Assembly (NCBI GenBank): GCA_965219025.1
Contig: OZ244716.1
Span: 1,612,419-1,676,418, forward strand
From: Dehalococcoidia bacterium
Lineage (GTDB): Bacteria; Chloroflexota; Dehalococcoidia; Lucifugimonadales; UBA2985
Length of the DNA: 64,000 nucleotides
Reading direction: 5' to 3'
The notes beneath the pieces were generated by a model. It was not told the origin of the DNA. It made no database searches and saw nothing but the letters and a program-made list of their open reading frames with translations. Below are positions 39,869-49,890 of this stretch, piece after piece (within the stretch, counting starts at the first letter, position 1; each line of letters starts with the position of its first letter). The position numbers were made by a program, and so were the translations under genes.

Positions 39869-40309
39869 TCACCGGGTCACATAGGCATGTGGGCATCTGC
39901 ATCCGTCCTCGGCTTCCCCGGGCGAGTATTCCTCTAGCGCGTCTAAGAGTTGGTGTGCAGTTGCTACCGCTAGGCTAAGGAACTGTCGAGGGGCCAGCGT
40001 ACGGCCCCTGAATCTGATTGGAGGGACAAGCTCATAATCTGCTTCGGTCCGCAACGCCATCATGTCGTTCAAGAGATTGCCCACTGTCCGAGCCCTTGGA
40101 TCATCACGGGCGTTGAATCGATCTCGGAGTTCGGTATGTCTGCGATTGGTGGCAAGAGGCGCCGACACAGTATTGGTTCTGAAGTACCTGCAGCAGGCCT
40201 CATGGTGAAGCCCGTAGTATAGCCGACTTACAACAGTCCGCTGTTCAGCTTCAGCTCCAGCGGTCTGTGCGAGGGAAACGCCAAGCTTGTAGAACTCAAG
40301 CGGCCTCAT
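39869..40309 (-). CDS. HEPN-like domain protein (third gene of cassette)
   Basis: Start trimmed to MRPLEF at 40309, whose ATG overlaps the upstream stop (ATGA). The layout SRLYYGLHHEACCRYF ... NRRHTELRDRF ... LRTEADYE matches the classic HEPN helix pattern. Low GC. Confidence 0.6.
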   Translation of the reverse strand: MRPLEFYKLGVSLAQTAGAEAEQRTVVSRLYYGLHHEACCRYFRTNTVSAPLATNRRHTELRDRFNARDDPRARTVGNLLNDMMALRTEADYELVPPIRFRGRTLAPRQFLSLAVATAHQLLDALEEYSPGEAEDGCRCPHAYVTR

Positions 40310-40737
40310 AGGCTGGAAGGAATCAGGCTGAAGTAAATCCTCCGCCCGTAGTCTAGTTGTTCGTCCTCCGACCACTCACTTGACCACTCGCCGACCTTGA
40401 CCAGAATGTCGGAACGCAGCTTTCTGATGAATTCCCACTCGGCGTTTACAGTCATCGTCAGGTCCAGGGTAAGTGAGTCCTCCTCGCCGGGCTGGCTCGA
40501 AACCGAGACTGCCGCGAACTCTAGGCGGCCGCCGGACAGATCCAATGCGGTCCTATAGATGTAGTTAAGCACCTTGTTGCGGAAGGGCGTCCGCATTCCC
40601 CTCAAGTAGTAAGGAAAGTAAAGACCCTGGTGGACAAGGAGGCGCTGTTCGCGCCGAAGTGCTTTCCGCCTCTCATTAAGCCTCTTGAATCTTCTTTCAC
40701 TCAGGACAAGCGCCGGGCTTGCCATTGTACCCTCCAT
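40306..40737 (-). CDS. hypothetical protein (second gene of cassette)
   Basis: 143 aa, or 139 aa from the ATG at 40725, which has GGAGGG 5 nt upstream. It has a basic N-terminal helix RRFKRLNERRKALRREQR. I recognise no family. Confidence 0.6.
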   Translation of the reverse strand: MEGTMASPALVLSERRFKRLNERRKALRREQRLLVHQGLYFPYYLRGMRTPFRNKVLNYIYRTALDLSGGRLEFAAVSVSSQPGEEDSLTLDLTMTVNAEWEFIRKLRSDILVKVGEWSSEWSEDEQLDYGRRIYFSLIPSSL

Positions 40738-40740
40738 GTT

Positions 40741-41217
40741 TCATGTCTTGGAAACCACTTGTATCAGTAACCTCGCAAACTCTAGAAGGTGCTCTTCTTC
40801 CTCTTCCGTCTTTGCCACCCAGTGTAGTCCAACGTCTTCCTCTCCTACTCGGTTGGCAAGGACTACCAGGGACGAGTCACGCGAAGATTCTAGGTTTGTG
40901 AGAGGGCCTCTGTGAATTGAGACCTCACTGAAAGATTTCAACGGCTGAGCAATCAGATTGCCCGAGTTGTCATTGTCGTCACCCTCGACGTCTACCAGCA
41001 GACCATCACCGACTATTGCCACGTTACAATAGTCACCCAGCTTCCGGCCGAAGTCTCCAACACGCACTTCGGTTCTGAGGTAAAACGCCTCTACAGTAGT
41101 AACTTGGCAGGTGGACTCGTACATCTCCCAATAAGCCTCAAACTCCTCAAGGTGCAATTCCTCGATAGCATCTTCAACAAGCTTGGTAAGTTGCGCGGAG
41201 CGGTTGCGGGTACTCAT
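40741..41217 (-). CDS. hypothetical acidic protein (first gene of cassette)
   Basis: 158 aa with RBS GAGGAG. It is rich in Asp/Glu with a KTEEEEEH tract. I recognise no family. The stop lies 3 nt before the next start. Confidence 0.6.
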   Translation of the reverse strand: MSTRNRSAQLTKLVEDAIEELHLEEFEAYWEMYESTCQVTTVEAFYLRTEVRVGDFGRKLGDYCNVAIVGDGLLVDVEGDDNDNSGNLIAQPLKSFSEVSIHRGPLTNLESSRDSSLVVLANRVGEEDVGLHWVAKTEEEEEHLLEFARLLIQVVSKT

Positions 41218-41301
41218 TTCGTTAATCTCCTCGTCTTGTGGGAGCCGTTATGCGCGAAGAGCCACGGACAAGTCTGCGGCGTCTCGCAGCGCCGCCCCCG
41301 C

Positions 41302-41697
41302 CTAACGCTTGAGCCAGCGCTGGAATCGCGTCCACGCGCCGTCCTCATTGGGCGACTGCTCGATCGTCCGTCCTCGCCAGCGCCTCTCAGGACTGCCGCC
41401 GGGCCGCGCGAAGTAGAGCGCGTAGATCAATATGAACAGGATGAGCCCAAGCCACACGAACGGCCCAAGGAAGCCGGGCAGGATCACGCTGACCAGTATG
41501 GCCAGCAGCAACAGCACGGCGCCGATAACCAGCAGGCGGCTTGAACTGCGGTAAACCAGGCCTGCCACACCCCTGCCGATGCCCCCGAACACGGACGAAG
41601 GCGATCTCTTGCGGGGCATTTCGGGCTCTTTGGTGGGAGTGTGCTCCCCCGCCTGCCGGAGGATCTCCTCGATTTCTCTCTGATACCGCTCGGACAT
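41302..41697 (-). CDS. hypothetical membrane protein
   Basis: 131 aa with a charged N-terminus followed by two hydrophobic helices (LLVIGAVLLLLAILVSVILPGFLGPFVWLGLILFILIYALYF). GC is host-like. Confidence 0.6.
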   Translation of the reverse strand: MSERYQREIEEILRQAGEHTPTKEPEMPRKRSPSSVFGGIGRGVAGLVYRSSSRLLVIGAVLLLLAILVSVILPGFLGPFVWLGLILFILIYALYFARPGGSPERRWRGRTIEQSPNEDGAWTRFQRWLKR

Positions 41698-41891
41698 GGC
41701 TCCCCCCCGGAGCGCCTATCATTATTCCTGATTATAGTCGAATATTCAGACCGGGGAAACCCCCGGCGCGCAATGCAGGATTCGTCGGCCCTTCAATTGG
41801 TCACGACGCAATCGTATGTTCCTTCAGGGATTGCGTACCCCTTGACACAGGGTTTACAATCTGTCTCCACTCACACCGTGGAGCGGCGCAA

Positions 41892-42740
41892 ATGATTCTG
41901 GATAGCGAAAGCAAGGCGCGCAAGAAGAGGGACAAGGCGAAGGAGGCAATTGCGCTTGCCCTTTCCAGCCGTTGGCAGGAAGCTGTCGAGCTCAACCGCG
42001 AGATAATCGACGAGTTTCCGCGGGACGTGGAGGCGCACAACCGGATGGGCAAGGCGCTCTCTGAGCTCGGGCTCTACAGGGAGGCCAAGGTCGCATTTGG
42101 CCGTACCCTGGAGATCTCGCCCGCAAACAGTATCGCCCGCAAGAACCTCCGAAGGCTGGACCAGCTCAGCGAGGACACGCCGGTGCCCCGGCAGGGCTCC
42201 AAGGCGACCCTCCAGCTATTCATCGAGGAGCGCGGCAAGTCCGGCTCAATTTCGCTGACGCGGCTGTCTCCGGGCGGCGCCCACCTCCACGTGGCGCCCG
42301 GTGACGCCGTGCAGCTGCGGGTGACCGGCGGAGGCCTCACCGTGGAGAGCCCGGAGGGACTGTACCTGGGAGAGGTGGAGCTGAGACAGGGACAGCGCCT
42401 GGCGCGTCTCATGGAGGGCGGTAACCGCTATGAGGCCGCGGTGACCTCCGTGCAAGAGGACAGCCTGGTCATCATGATCAGAGAGACTTACCAGCACAGC
42501 AGCCAACAGGGCATCATGTCGTTCCCGTACAAGCAGCCGATGGGAGGCGTCTACTCCTACCTGGGCAACCCGCCATTGCCGGCCGAGATCGACCTGGAGG
42601 CTGAGGAGATCGAGCTGGACCGGCCGCCCATCATCGACTGGGACGAAGAGGGCGAGATGACCATCGCCGCGCCGCCCTCGGATGAAGAAGAGCCCGTGCC
42701 ATCCTCCGCCGACGACCTGGAGGAGCAGCCCGGCTTCTAG
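41892..42740 (+). CDS. TPR repeat-containing protein
   Basis: Start trimmed to MILDSE. It has TPR-like helices (WQEAVELNREIIDEFPRDVEAHNRMGKALSELGLYREAKVAFGRTLEISP) and an acidic C-terminus. Confidence 0.7.
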   Translation: MILDSESKARKKRDKAKEAIALALSSRWQEAVELNREIIDEFPRDVEAHNRMGKALSELGLYREAKVAFGRTLEISPANSIARKNLRRLDQLSEDTPVPRQGSKATLQLFIEERGKSGSISLTRLSPGGAHLHVAPGDAVQLRVTGGGLTVESPEGLYLGEVELRQGQRLARLMEGGNRYEAAVTSVQEDSLVIMIRETYQHSSQQGIMSFPYKQPMGGVYSYLGNPPLPAEIDLEAEEIELDRPPIIDWDEEGEMTIAAPPSDEEEPVPSSADDLEEQPGF

Positions 42741-42839
42741 CACGTCAGCCCCTTCGCGCCCGGACCGGCCAAAGCGCTCTCATTCGGCAACGTCTGCTTC
42801 CACGCGCGTGCGTCCTGGTGTATCATCACGCGCGCGAAC

Positions 42840-44264
42840 ATGGAGCTCTCTCGGCGCATATATCCCCTCGGCTTGCGCAAGCTGACAGAAGAGCAGCTCG
42901 CAAACCCGCGCGAGCTGACGGAAGAGCAGCTTGCAGTCGTGTTCGCCATGACGTCACGCAACCCCCAGCCCTTCGACGAGATCGCGCGGCTGGTGACCGA
43001 GGAGCGGGCCGCCGACTTCCACGAGCGTTGGGTGCTCAACTACGGCCACGCCTCCGTGGCAGAGCACGCCGTATTGCACATGGCCGTGGAGAATATCTCC
43101 CGCCTGGCCTGCGACACCCTGGAGGACAATCGGCTGGCTTCCTATACGGAGAAGTCCTCCCGCTACCAGGTGCTGGAACGGGGACACTACCACGTCCCCA
43201 GCGAGCTGGACGAAGACGTTACCCTGCGCGAGGTCTACGTCGGCGCCTGCGATGCGCTGTTCGCGGCCTATGAGGCGTCGGTCGACGGGCTGCTGACCCA
43301 CCTGCGTGACGTCACACCGCGCAACGAGGGCGAGCGAGAGGCGGGCTACAACCTCCGGCTCAGGCGCGTTGCCACGGACGCGGCCCGCTTCCTGCTACCC
43401 GCAGCTACCCTGACAAACGTGGGCGTCACGCTGAACGCCCGCTCCATGGAACACGCGGTCCGCAAGTTGTTGTCGTCGCAGCTTGCTGAGGAGAGGGAGA
43501 TTGGCGAGGAGTTGAAGGAGCAGGGCAGGGAAATCACGCCCACGCTCATCAAGTACGCCGACCGCAACGAGTACATCGCGCTAACGCGCAAGGCTCAGGA
43601 GGCGCTGGCCCTGCCCGGCGACGACTCCGGAGCCATGTACGACTGCCGCGCCGAGCTGGTCCACTACGACTCGCAGGCGGAACAGAAGCTGGCCGCCGCG
43701 TTGCTGTACCGCTTCTCGCCCATGTCGTATGCGGGGGTGTGGGAGCGTGTGCAACGCATGGACGGGTCGCAGCTGGAGGCTTTGGTCCACGAGGCGCTCG
43801 ACCGGCTGGGCCCGCACGACATACCGCTGAGGGAGCTGGAGGTGGTGGACTACACCTTCGACCTGGTGATGGACTACGGCGCCTACCGCGAGTTCAAACG
43901 ACACCGAATGCAGACGTACCTGGCGCAGCCGGCCACCGTTGACCTCGGATACATCGTCCCGGACATCGTGCTGGAGGCCGGGCTTGAGAACCAGTTCAGG
44001 GATGCGATGGACGCGGCGGCGGAGGGCTACCATCGCGTCGCCGGGGCTTCGCCCGACGTGGCGGCGTACCTGGTGACTCACGCTCACCTGAGGCGCGTGC
44101 TCTCCAAGCTGAACCTGCGCGAGTGCTACCACCTGTTCAAGCTGCGCACAAGCCCGCAGGCGCACTTCACCTTGCGGAGGGTGATGCATCAGGCTCTTGA
44201 CCTCGCAAGGGAACGCCACCCGCTCCTGTTCAGGTATCTGAGCCTGCGTGGAGAGCGGTCTTAG
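42840..44264 (+). CDS. ThyX-family (FAD-dependent thymidylate synthase-like) protein, tandem double-domain form
   Basis: 474 aa. The first half has GHASVAEH, ASYTEKSSRY and ARFLLP...NARS blocks. The second half has EFKRHRMQT and LRTSPQAHFTLRR blocks. Confidence 0.75.
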   Translation: MELSRRIYPLGLRKLTEEQLANPRELTEEQLAVVFAMTSRNPQPFDEIARLVTEERAADFHERWVLNYGHASVAEHAVLHMAVENISRLACDTLEDNRLASYTEKSSRYQVLERGHYHVPSELDEDVTLREVYVGACDALFAAYEASVDGLLTHLRDVTPRNEGEREAGYNLRLRRVATDAARFLLPAATLTNVGVTLNARSMEHAVRKLLSSQLAEEREIGEELKEQGREITPTLIKYADRNEYIALTRKAQEALALPGDDSGAMYDCRAELVHYDSQAEQKLAAALLYRFSPMSYAGVWERVQRMDGSQLEALVHEALDRLGPHDIPLRELEVVDYTFDLVMDYGAYREFKRHRMQTYLAQPATVDLGYIVPDIVLEAGLENQFRDAMDAAAEGYHRVAGASPDVAAYLVTHAHLRRVLSKLNLRECYHLFKLRTSPQAHFTLRRVMHQALDLARERHPLLFRYLSLRGERS

Positions 44265-44270
44265 CGCCGC

Positions 44271-46727
44271 CTACTTGGAAGGCCCTCCGCCGACGTTCAT
44301 GCTGGTTGCCGTGACCACGTAGTCGTCATCGTCGGGCTTCATGATCTTCACGCCCTGCGTAATGCGGCCGAGCGAGCGAATCTCCGCCAGCGGCGTGCGC
44401 ATCATGACGCCCTTCGCCGATATGATGATCACCTCCGTGGCGGCGTCCTGTACAAGGTGCGCCGTGGCCACGGGCCCGGTCTTGTCCGTGATCCTCAGGG
44501 TGGTCACGCCCATTACGCCGCGGCCGGTGGTCTTGTAGGACGTGATGGCCGTGAGCTTGCCGTGGCCGTTTCGGCTCACCACAAGCAGCCTTGCGCCAGG
44601 AATCACCACGTCCATGGACACGACCCTGTCACCGAGACCCAGGCGCATACCGCGCACTCCGCCCGACTGGCGCTGCCTGACAGGCACCTTATCGATGGCA
44701 AACCTGGCCGCTTTGCCCATCTCGGACACCATCACCACCTCGTCGTCGTCCGCGGCCTGCCATGCCGAGATCACCTCGTCGCCGTCCTCGATGTCCATCG
44801 CAATCAATCCGTTGCTCCGAATGCTCGCAAGCGCCTCGAACTTCATGCGCTTGATCTCGCCCATGCGGGTTGCCAGGAGGATGTTCCCACCCGTGTCGAT
44901 GCCGGTCTGCACCACCACGGCGTTGATGCGCTCTCCTTCGGACAGCGAGAGCAGGTTGACGGCGGGAGTGCCGCGGGTGTTGCGCGAGCTGTCCTGTGGA
45001 ATCTCGTAGCACCGCATGGAGTAGGCCTTGCCGCGGTTGGTGAAGAAGAGGAGCGTGTCATGCGTGTCGCCCACAAGGAGGTGCTGCAGCGCGTCCGTCT
45101 CCCTTGTGGACATGCCCACGACGCCCCTTCCCCCCCTGTGCTGGGCGCGGTACGTGCTGGTGGGCATGCACTTTACGTAACCGCGCTGCGTGATGGTGAT
45201 GACCACGTCCTGATGGGGCACCAGGTCCGCCCGCGTGGGTGCGTCCGGCTCCCGGTCCAGGACCTCGGTGCGGCGGTCGTCGCCGAAGTCCTTGCGGATT
45301 TGCCGTGTCTCCTTCTTGACCTCCGCCAGGATCTTCTGCGGGTCGGCGAGCAGCGTCTCCAGCTGGCCGATCGTCTTCTGCAGCTGCTGGTACTCCTGTT
45401 CGATGCGCTCACGCTCCAGCGCGGCGATGCGCCGTAGCTGCATGTCCAGGATGGCCTGGGCCTGCACCTGCGTCAGCGCAAACCACTCCATCAGGCCCTG
45501 CCGGGCGGTTTCCGCATCGGCGGCCTGGCGTATGATGACAATGACTTGGTCCAAATTGAGCAGTGCCGCTCTGAGCCCCTCTACGATGTGAATGCGCTCC
45601 TGCGCCCTCCGGAGGTCGTGCTGGGCGCGGCGAGTGACGACCAGTCTGCGGAAGTCGATGTAGTGGCGCAGCATACGCTTGAGAGGAAGCACCTGCGGCT
45701 GGCCGTCCACCAAGGCAAGCGTGTTGACGAAGAAGGCGGTCTGCATGGCCGTCTGCTTGTACAGGTTGTTCAGCACTATCTCCGGCTGGGCCTCCCTGCG
45801 CAGCTCCACCACCACGCGCAGGCCGTGACGGTCCGACTCGTCCCGCACCTCGCTGATGCCGTCTATCTTCTTGTCCTTGGCAAGCTGAGCTATCTTCTCC
45901 ACCAGCGACGCCTTGTTGACCTGGAACGGAATCTCCGTCACCACGATCTGCGGGCGCTCAGAGCGTCTTTCGCTCTCCTCAATCGCGGCCTTGGCCCTGA
46001 CCAGGATGCGTCCCCGGCCGGTGGAGTAAGCGTTGAGGATGGAGTCCTGTCCCATGATGATTCCGCCGGTGGGGAAGTCCGGGCCCTTGATGAACTTGAC
46101 CAGGTCCTCCACCGTGGCGTCGGGGCGGTCTATGAGGTGGATGACGGCGTCGCACACCTCCCGCAGGTTGTGCGGCGGGATGCTCGTTGCCATGCCGACC
46201 GCGATGCCGGAGGCGCCATTGAGCAGCAGGTTGGGCAGCAGGGCCGGCAGCACCTGGGGCTCGCGGAGGGACTCGTCGAAGTTGGCGGCAAAGTCCACAG
46301 TCTCCCGGTCTATGTCCGCGAGCAGCTGCTGCGCCATGACCGAGAGGCGGGCCTCCGTGTAACGCATGGCGGCGGGCGGGTCGTCGTCAATGCTGCCGAA
46401 GTTGCCCTGCCCGTCGACCAGGGGATAGCGCATGGAAAAGTCCTGCGCCATTCGCACCATCGAGTCGTAGACGGGGCTGTCTCCGTGGGGGTGGTACTTT
46501 CCCAGTACCTCTCCGACCAGGCGGGCGCTCTTCTTGTATGGGGTATTGGCTCTCATCCCCAGCTCGTCCATGGCGTAGAGGATGCGCCTCTGCACCGGCT
46601 TCAGGCCGTCCCGCACGTCCGGCAGGGCGCGTGAGACTATTACGCTCATGGCGTAATCCAGGTAAGAGCTGCGCATCTCGTCTTCGATGCGAACGGGGCG
46701 TATGTTCTCGGCTGAAGGAGTTACCAT
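44271..46727 (-). CDS. gyrA: DNA gyrase subunit A
   Basis: 818 aa with [23 protein letters not shown], the active-site region AAMRYTE and C-terminal beta-pinwheel repeats. Confidence 0.97.
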   Translation of the reverse strand: MVTPSAENIRPVRIEDEMRSSYLDYAMSVIVSRALPDVRDGLKPVQRRILYAMDELGMRANTPYKKSARLVGEVLGKYHPHGDSPVYDSMVRMAQDFSMRYPLVDGQGNFGSIDDDPPAAMRYTEARLSVMAQQLLADIDRETVDFAANFDESLREPQVLPALLPNLLLNGASGIAVGMATSIPPHNLREVCDAVIHLIDRPDATVEDLVKFIKGPDFPTGGIIMGQDSILNAYSTGRGRILVRAKAAIEESERRSERPQIVVTEIPFQVNKASLVEKIAQLAKDKKIDGISEVRDESDRHGLRVVVELRREAQPEIVLNNLYKQTAMQTAFFVNTLALVDGQPQVLPLKRMLRHYIDFRRLVVTRRAQHDLRRAQERIHIVEGLRAALLNLDQVIVIIRQAADAETARQGLMEWFALTQVQAQAILDMQLRRIAALERERIEQEYQQLQKTIGQLETLLADPQKILAEVKKETRQIRKDFGDDRRTEVLDREPDAPTRADLVPHQDVVITITQRGYVKCMPTSTYRAQHRGGRGVVGMSTRETDALQHLLVGDTHDTLLFFTNRGKAYSMRCYEIPQDSSRNTRGTPAVNLLSLSEGERINAVVVQTGIDTGGNILLATRMGEIKRMKFEALASIRSNGLIAMDIEDGDEVISAWQAADDDEVVMVSEMGKAARFAIDKVPVRQRQSGGVRGMRLGLGDRVVSMDVVIPGARLLVVSRNGHGKLTAITSYKTTGRGVMGVTTLRITDKTGPVATAHLVQDAATEVIIISAKGVMMRTPLAEIRSLGRITQGVKIMKPDDDDYVVTATSMNVGGGPSK

Positions 46728-46749
46728 TGATCCATCCTCTTTTCTGAGG

Positions 46750-47478
46750 TTATCTCGAGGCCGCTCCGTGGGCTGGCAGGGCGGCCCTCATCTGCGAGTA
46801 CGTCTCTCCCCTGTCTGCCAGCGCGAGGAAGAGATTGCCGAAGTTACGTGGAAGCTCGTCCAGGTTCTCGTTGTGCCACTGTACGCCTATGACCCAGTCG
46901 TGGTGCGGGCTCTCCAGCGCCTCTATGAGGCCGTCCTCAAGTGAGTAGGCGGAGGCCATCAAGGAATGGGCCTTCAGTGGTTCGCTCACTCCCTGGTGGT
47001 GCCGGCTGTTGACCCTCACGAATCCGCCGGCGCCCATTATGGCGGCCAGCTTGCTTCCGGGAGATATGTACACTCTGTGGTATGCCGAGCCGGGGATGCC
47101 ATCCTCCCTTCGATGGCCGGGCAGGTGCTGAATGAGCTGCCCGCCGCACATCACGTTGAGGAGCTGCATCCCGCGGCAAATGCCCAGAACGGGCATGTCG
47201 CGCTCCATTGCTGCGTGCAGCAAAGCGATTTCCCACTCATCCTGAGCGTGGGCAGGATCGTCCAGGCCTGCGCTGGGGTCCGGATCGCGGTTGTATCGAG
47301 GGGGATGGATGTCCGCGCCTCCCGTGATCAACAGGCCGTCGATGGAGTCCAGGGTGGCCGGGACGTGCTCCGGTGAGTCCGGCAGAAGGAGGAGCGTTTC
47401 GACGCCGCCCCACTCGGCGGCCTCCACGTAGGTGCGCGCCCAGTCTGCGTCCGAGGCTGCCACGCCAATCAGCGGCAT
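46750..47478 (-). CDS. class I glutamine amidotransferase / peptidase C26 (gamma-glutamyl hydrolase-like)
   Basis: 242 aa with a [11 protein letters not shown] nucleophile elbow and a late HH pair. Confidence 0.85.
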   Translation of the reverse strand: MPLIGVAASDADWARTYVEAAEWGGVETLLLLPDSPEHVPATLDSIDGLLITGGADIHPPRYNRDPDPSAGLDDPAHAQDEWEIALLHAAMERDMPVLGICRGMQLLNVMCGGQLIQHLPGHRREDGIPGSAYHRVYISPGSKLAAIMGAGGFVRVNSRHHQGVSEPLKAHSLMASAYSLEDGLIEALESPHHDWVIGVQWHNENLDELPRNFGNLFLALADRGETYSQMRAALPAHGAASR

Positions 47479-47604
47479 AGCGCGGCCTCCTCATCGGTGC
47501 GTAGCACCGGCACTTCGTGCGCGCAGAGAACGCATGCCACACGCGCGATGCGAGTCACTGCCAGGGATTCTGGATTGGGGAAGGACGCCACTGGGTTCTC
47601 CTGC

Positions 47605-49890
47605 CTAGCCTGGCTCTGAAATCCCCAGTGACGAGAGTGTCTCAAGGCAGTCGGGGGGTATCTGCAACCCCTCCTGCACGCCCTGCTGGCACTTCTTTGT
47701 GAGGGCCTTCAGTATGCGCTCCGCCGGGCGCTGTCCTTCGCCGGAATGCGCCGCCAGGTCCGAGAGTGAGCCGCAGGCCTGCTGCACGTGCCAGTAGAAC
47801 GACAGCAGCCACGCAAGCTCGCGCTCGTTGGAGGGTGGCGGAATCTCGTCCAGATCGAAGATTGCGTCGTTGACCCTGGTATAGCGCAGGATGCCGGCCT
47901 TGTCCTTCTCGTTGTCGCCGTAGAAGCGCTTGCGCTTCAGTTCCCGCACGCGCTTGCGGTACTCGTCCTCGCCGTATATCTCGCGGGGCAGCCACTCGCT
48001 GCGAAGGTCCTGCACCTCGCGGCCATCGCGGTCCACGATGGCAACCGCCACCTCCACGCCGAGCACGGGGTCGTGCTCGAACTTTACGGCGTTCCTGAGC
48101 ACCGCCTCCTGCAGCATGAGCGTGATATCCCGAGTGATCTTGCGATACAGCGGCCCGCTGGCTTCCTCGTTGCGCTCAGCGCCAAGCCCGCCTGTGTTGA
48201 ACATGTAGAACTCCTGGGCCAGGCCGCCTTCCGAGATACTGTTCAGGATGGAGTACATGTGGTTGGCGTTCTCGTCCTCCAGGCCGATGATGAACGGATC
48301 CGAGAAGTACTCTACGTACGGCCTCCCGATTGCCCCGGTGGCCGCGCCGGTCTGGACGGCCTCTCCATACATGAGAGCGCGGACGTATGTCTCGGCGGTG
48401 AGTTTCACCAGCGGAGGAACCACGGTGTTCTGGCGCATGACGCCCTGCCATAGCAGCCTGTCCGTGACCTCCATTGGCACGTGCACCGAGTCGCTCAGCC
48501 GGCCGTCCGTGAAGGCCTGGGCCAAGTGTGCCACGCCCTTGCGGGCCAGCAGCCTGGACCGGGACAGGATCATGCGCATATTGCGGACCGGGTTGTGGAG
48601 GAAGTCCGGGACGCCTTCGTCGTGCTTGAACGGCACGTTCTCCAGGGTCTCCTGAGGGTTGGGCTCCTCGCTTGAGCCTTTCAGCACGTCGTAGGTGATG
48701 GGGTCTTCTTCCCTGGTCAGCCCGAACGGGACCGCGTAGAGGTTGTTCTCCGTGCCGTCTATGCCGTAGGATACGGTCACCTGCCGGCCTCCCCGCTCCA
48801 CCTCTATCGGGTCACTGAGGGGCTGCAGCAGGATGATGTCGTCGTTCATTGGGTATATGCCCTCTTCAGAGTCCGGCGCCAGGTCCAGCAGGGAGGCGAG
48901 CCGGCTTTCGTGCAGCTCGATCATGATGGTGAGAGTGCTCTTGCCGTGGAGAGAGGGGCCGGTGGTGACGAGGGCCGAGTTGGTGATTTCGCCTTGGAGG
49001 GTTCGGACGCGGGCCATGCTGAGGGCTGCCTGGAGGGCCAGACCGTTGGCCTGCTTCACCTTGAACATAGCGATGGATAGCGGACCCATCTTGTGCTCGC
49101 CCATGTAGTCAAAGCCCAGGTGGAGCGAGAGTCCCCTGGTTGGCGCCTTGAAGATGAGCTGGGTGAGCTCGGCCTCCTCCACGCGGCGCTTTAGGTCGCG
49201 CGGCAGGCCCAGGTGTTCCAGCCACTTGGGTATGGAGACCTCCATTATGTGAGGCTCTTCCTGGAGACCGGCGTCCGGCAGGTCGAAGGTGAGCTGGCGC
49301 CACATGTAGGGCAGCTGCGGGTAGTCGGTTCCGAACAGGAGCTGCCTGGCGTGGAAGGAGCGTCCGGGCGCGTCGCCTATCTGCCGGTCGGTCTGGACGA
49401 TGGTGTCGCCGGAGTCGAAGCACTCCTTCATGCGCGCCGTAATGTACGGTAGGATCTCGGCAAAGAGGGCCTGGTTTTCCTGGCTGAAGGCCAGGGCGTC
49501 GCGGTTCCTGTGAAAGCCGTCGATGAAGTACTGGGTGAGGTCCGGCCGCCTTGCCACGCCCAGCTGGCTGAAGAAGCCCACACCTCCGCTGTCGAGACGT
49601 ACGACCGTGTCCGGCCACGCTCGGATTCCCGCCTTGCCCTCACCATTGAGCCAGGCGCACTCCTGCGCTACCTGATCGGCCTCCAGGATGAGCTGCTCCT
49701 TTTGCTGAGCAGGAAGATCCTGAAAGATGCGCATGTGGCTTTTGAGCCACTCGCTGTCTGGATTGAAGAACTGGCTGTCTCTGGAGTGGCCCTTCCTGGC
49801 TGTAGCTACCAGGTCGTCAAGGGCCTTTGAGAATTCGGGGTGCACTGGGGGGCCTTGGAGAGCCGTCCCTATCCCCTGGGTAATTGCCAT
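47605..49890 (-). CDS. divergent phosphoenolpyruvate carboxykinase (ATP)-like protein
   Basis: 761 aa. YMGEHKMG (compare YAGEMKKG), GPSLHGKSTLT (compare GLSGTGKTTLS P-loop), MNDDI and MFNTGGLG (compare LVNTGWTG) occur in PckA order. The protein has long N- and C-terminal extensions. Confidence 0.6.
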   Translation of the reverse strand: MAITQGIGTALQGPPVHPEFSKALDDLVATARKGHSRDSQFFNPDSEWLKSHMRIFQDLPAQQKEQLILEADQVAQECAWLNGEGKAGIRAWPDTVVRLDSGGVGFFSQLGVARRPDLTQYFIDGFHRNRDALAFSQENQALFAEILPYITARMKECFDSGDTIVQTDRQIGDAPGRSFHARQLLFGTDYPQLPYMWRQLTFDLPDAGLQEEPHIMEVSIPKWLEHLGLPRDLKRRVEEAELTQLIFKAPTRGLSLHLGFDYMGEHKMGPLSIAMFKVKQANGLALQAALSMARVRTLQGEITNSALVTTGPSLHGKSTLTIMIELHESRLASLLDLAPDSEEGIYPMNDDIILLQPLSDPIEVERGGRQVTVSYGIDGTENNLYAVPFGLTREEDPITYDVLKGSSEEPNPQETLENVPFKHDEGVPDFLHNPVRNMRMILSRSRLLARKGVAHLAQAFTDGRLSDSVHVPMEVTDRLLWQGVMRQNTVVPPLVKLTAETYVRALMYGEAVQTGAATGAIGRPYVEYFSDPFIIGLEDENANHMYSILNSISEGGLAQEFYMFNTGGLGAERNEEASGPLYRKITRDITLMLQEAVLRNAVKFEHDPVLGVEVAVAIVDRDGREVQDLRSEWLPREIYGEDEYRKRVRELKRKRFYGDNEKDKAGILRYTRVNDAIFDLDEIPPPSNERELAWLLSFYWHVQQACGSLSDLAAHSGEGQRPAERILKALTKKCQQGVQEGLQIPPDCLETLSSLGISEPG

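Noticed and set aside
34961-46634. Other long antisense ORFs (34961-35968 minus, 36350-37234 minus, 38438-39427 minus, 45546-46634 plus, 44457-45437 plus)
   Set aside because: They lie opposite E1 beta, E2, the sulfite reductase and gyrA, and are judged high-GC artefacts.
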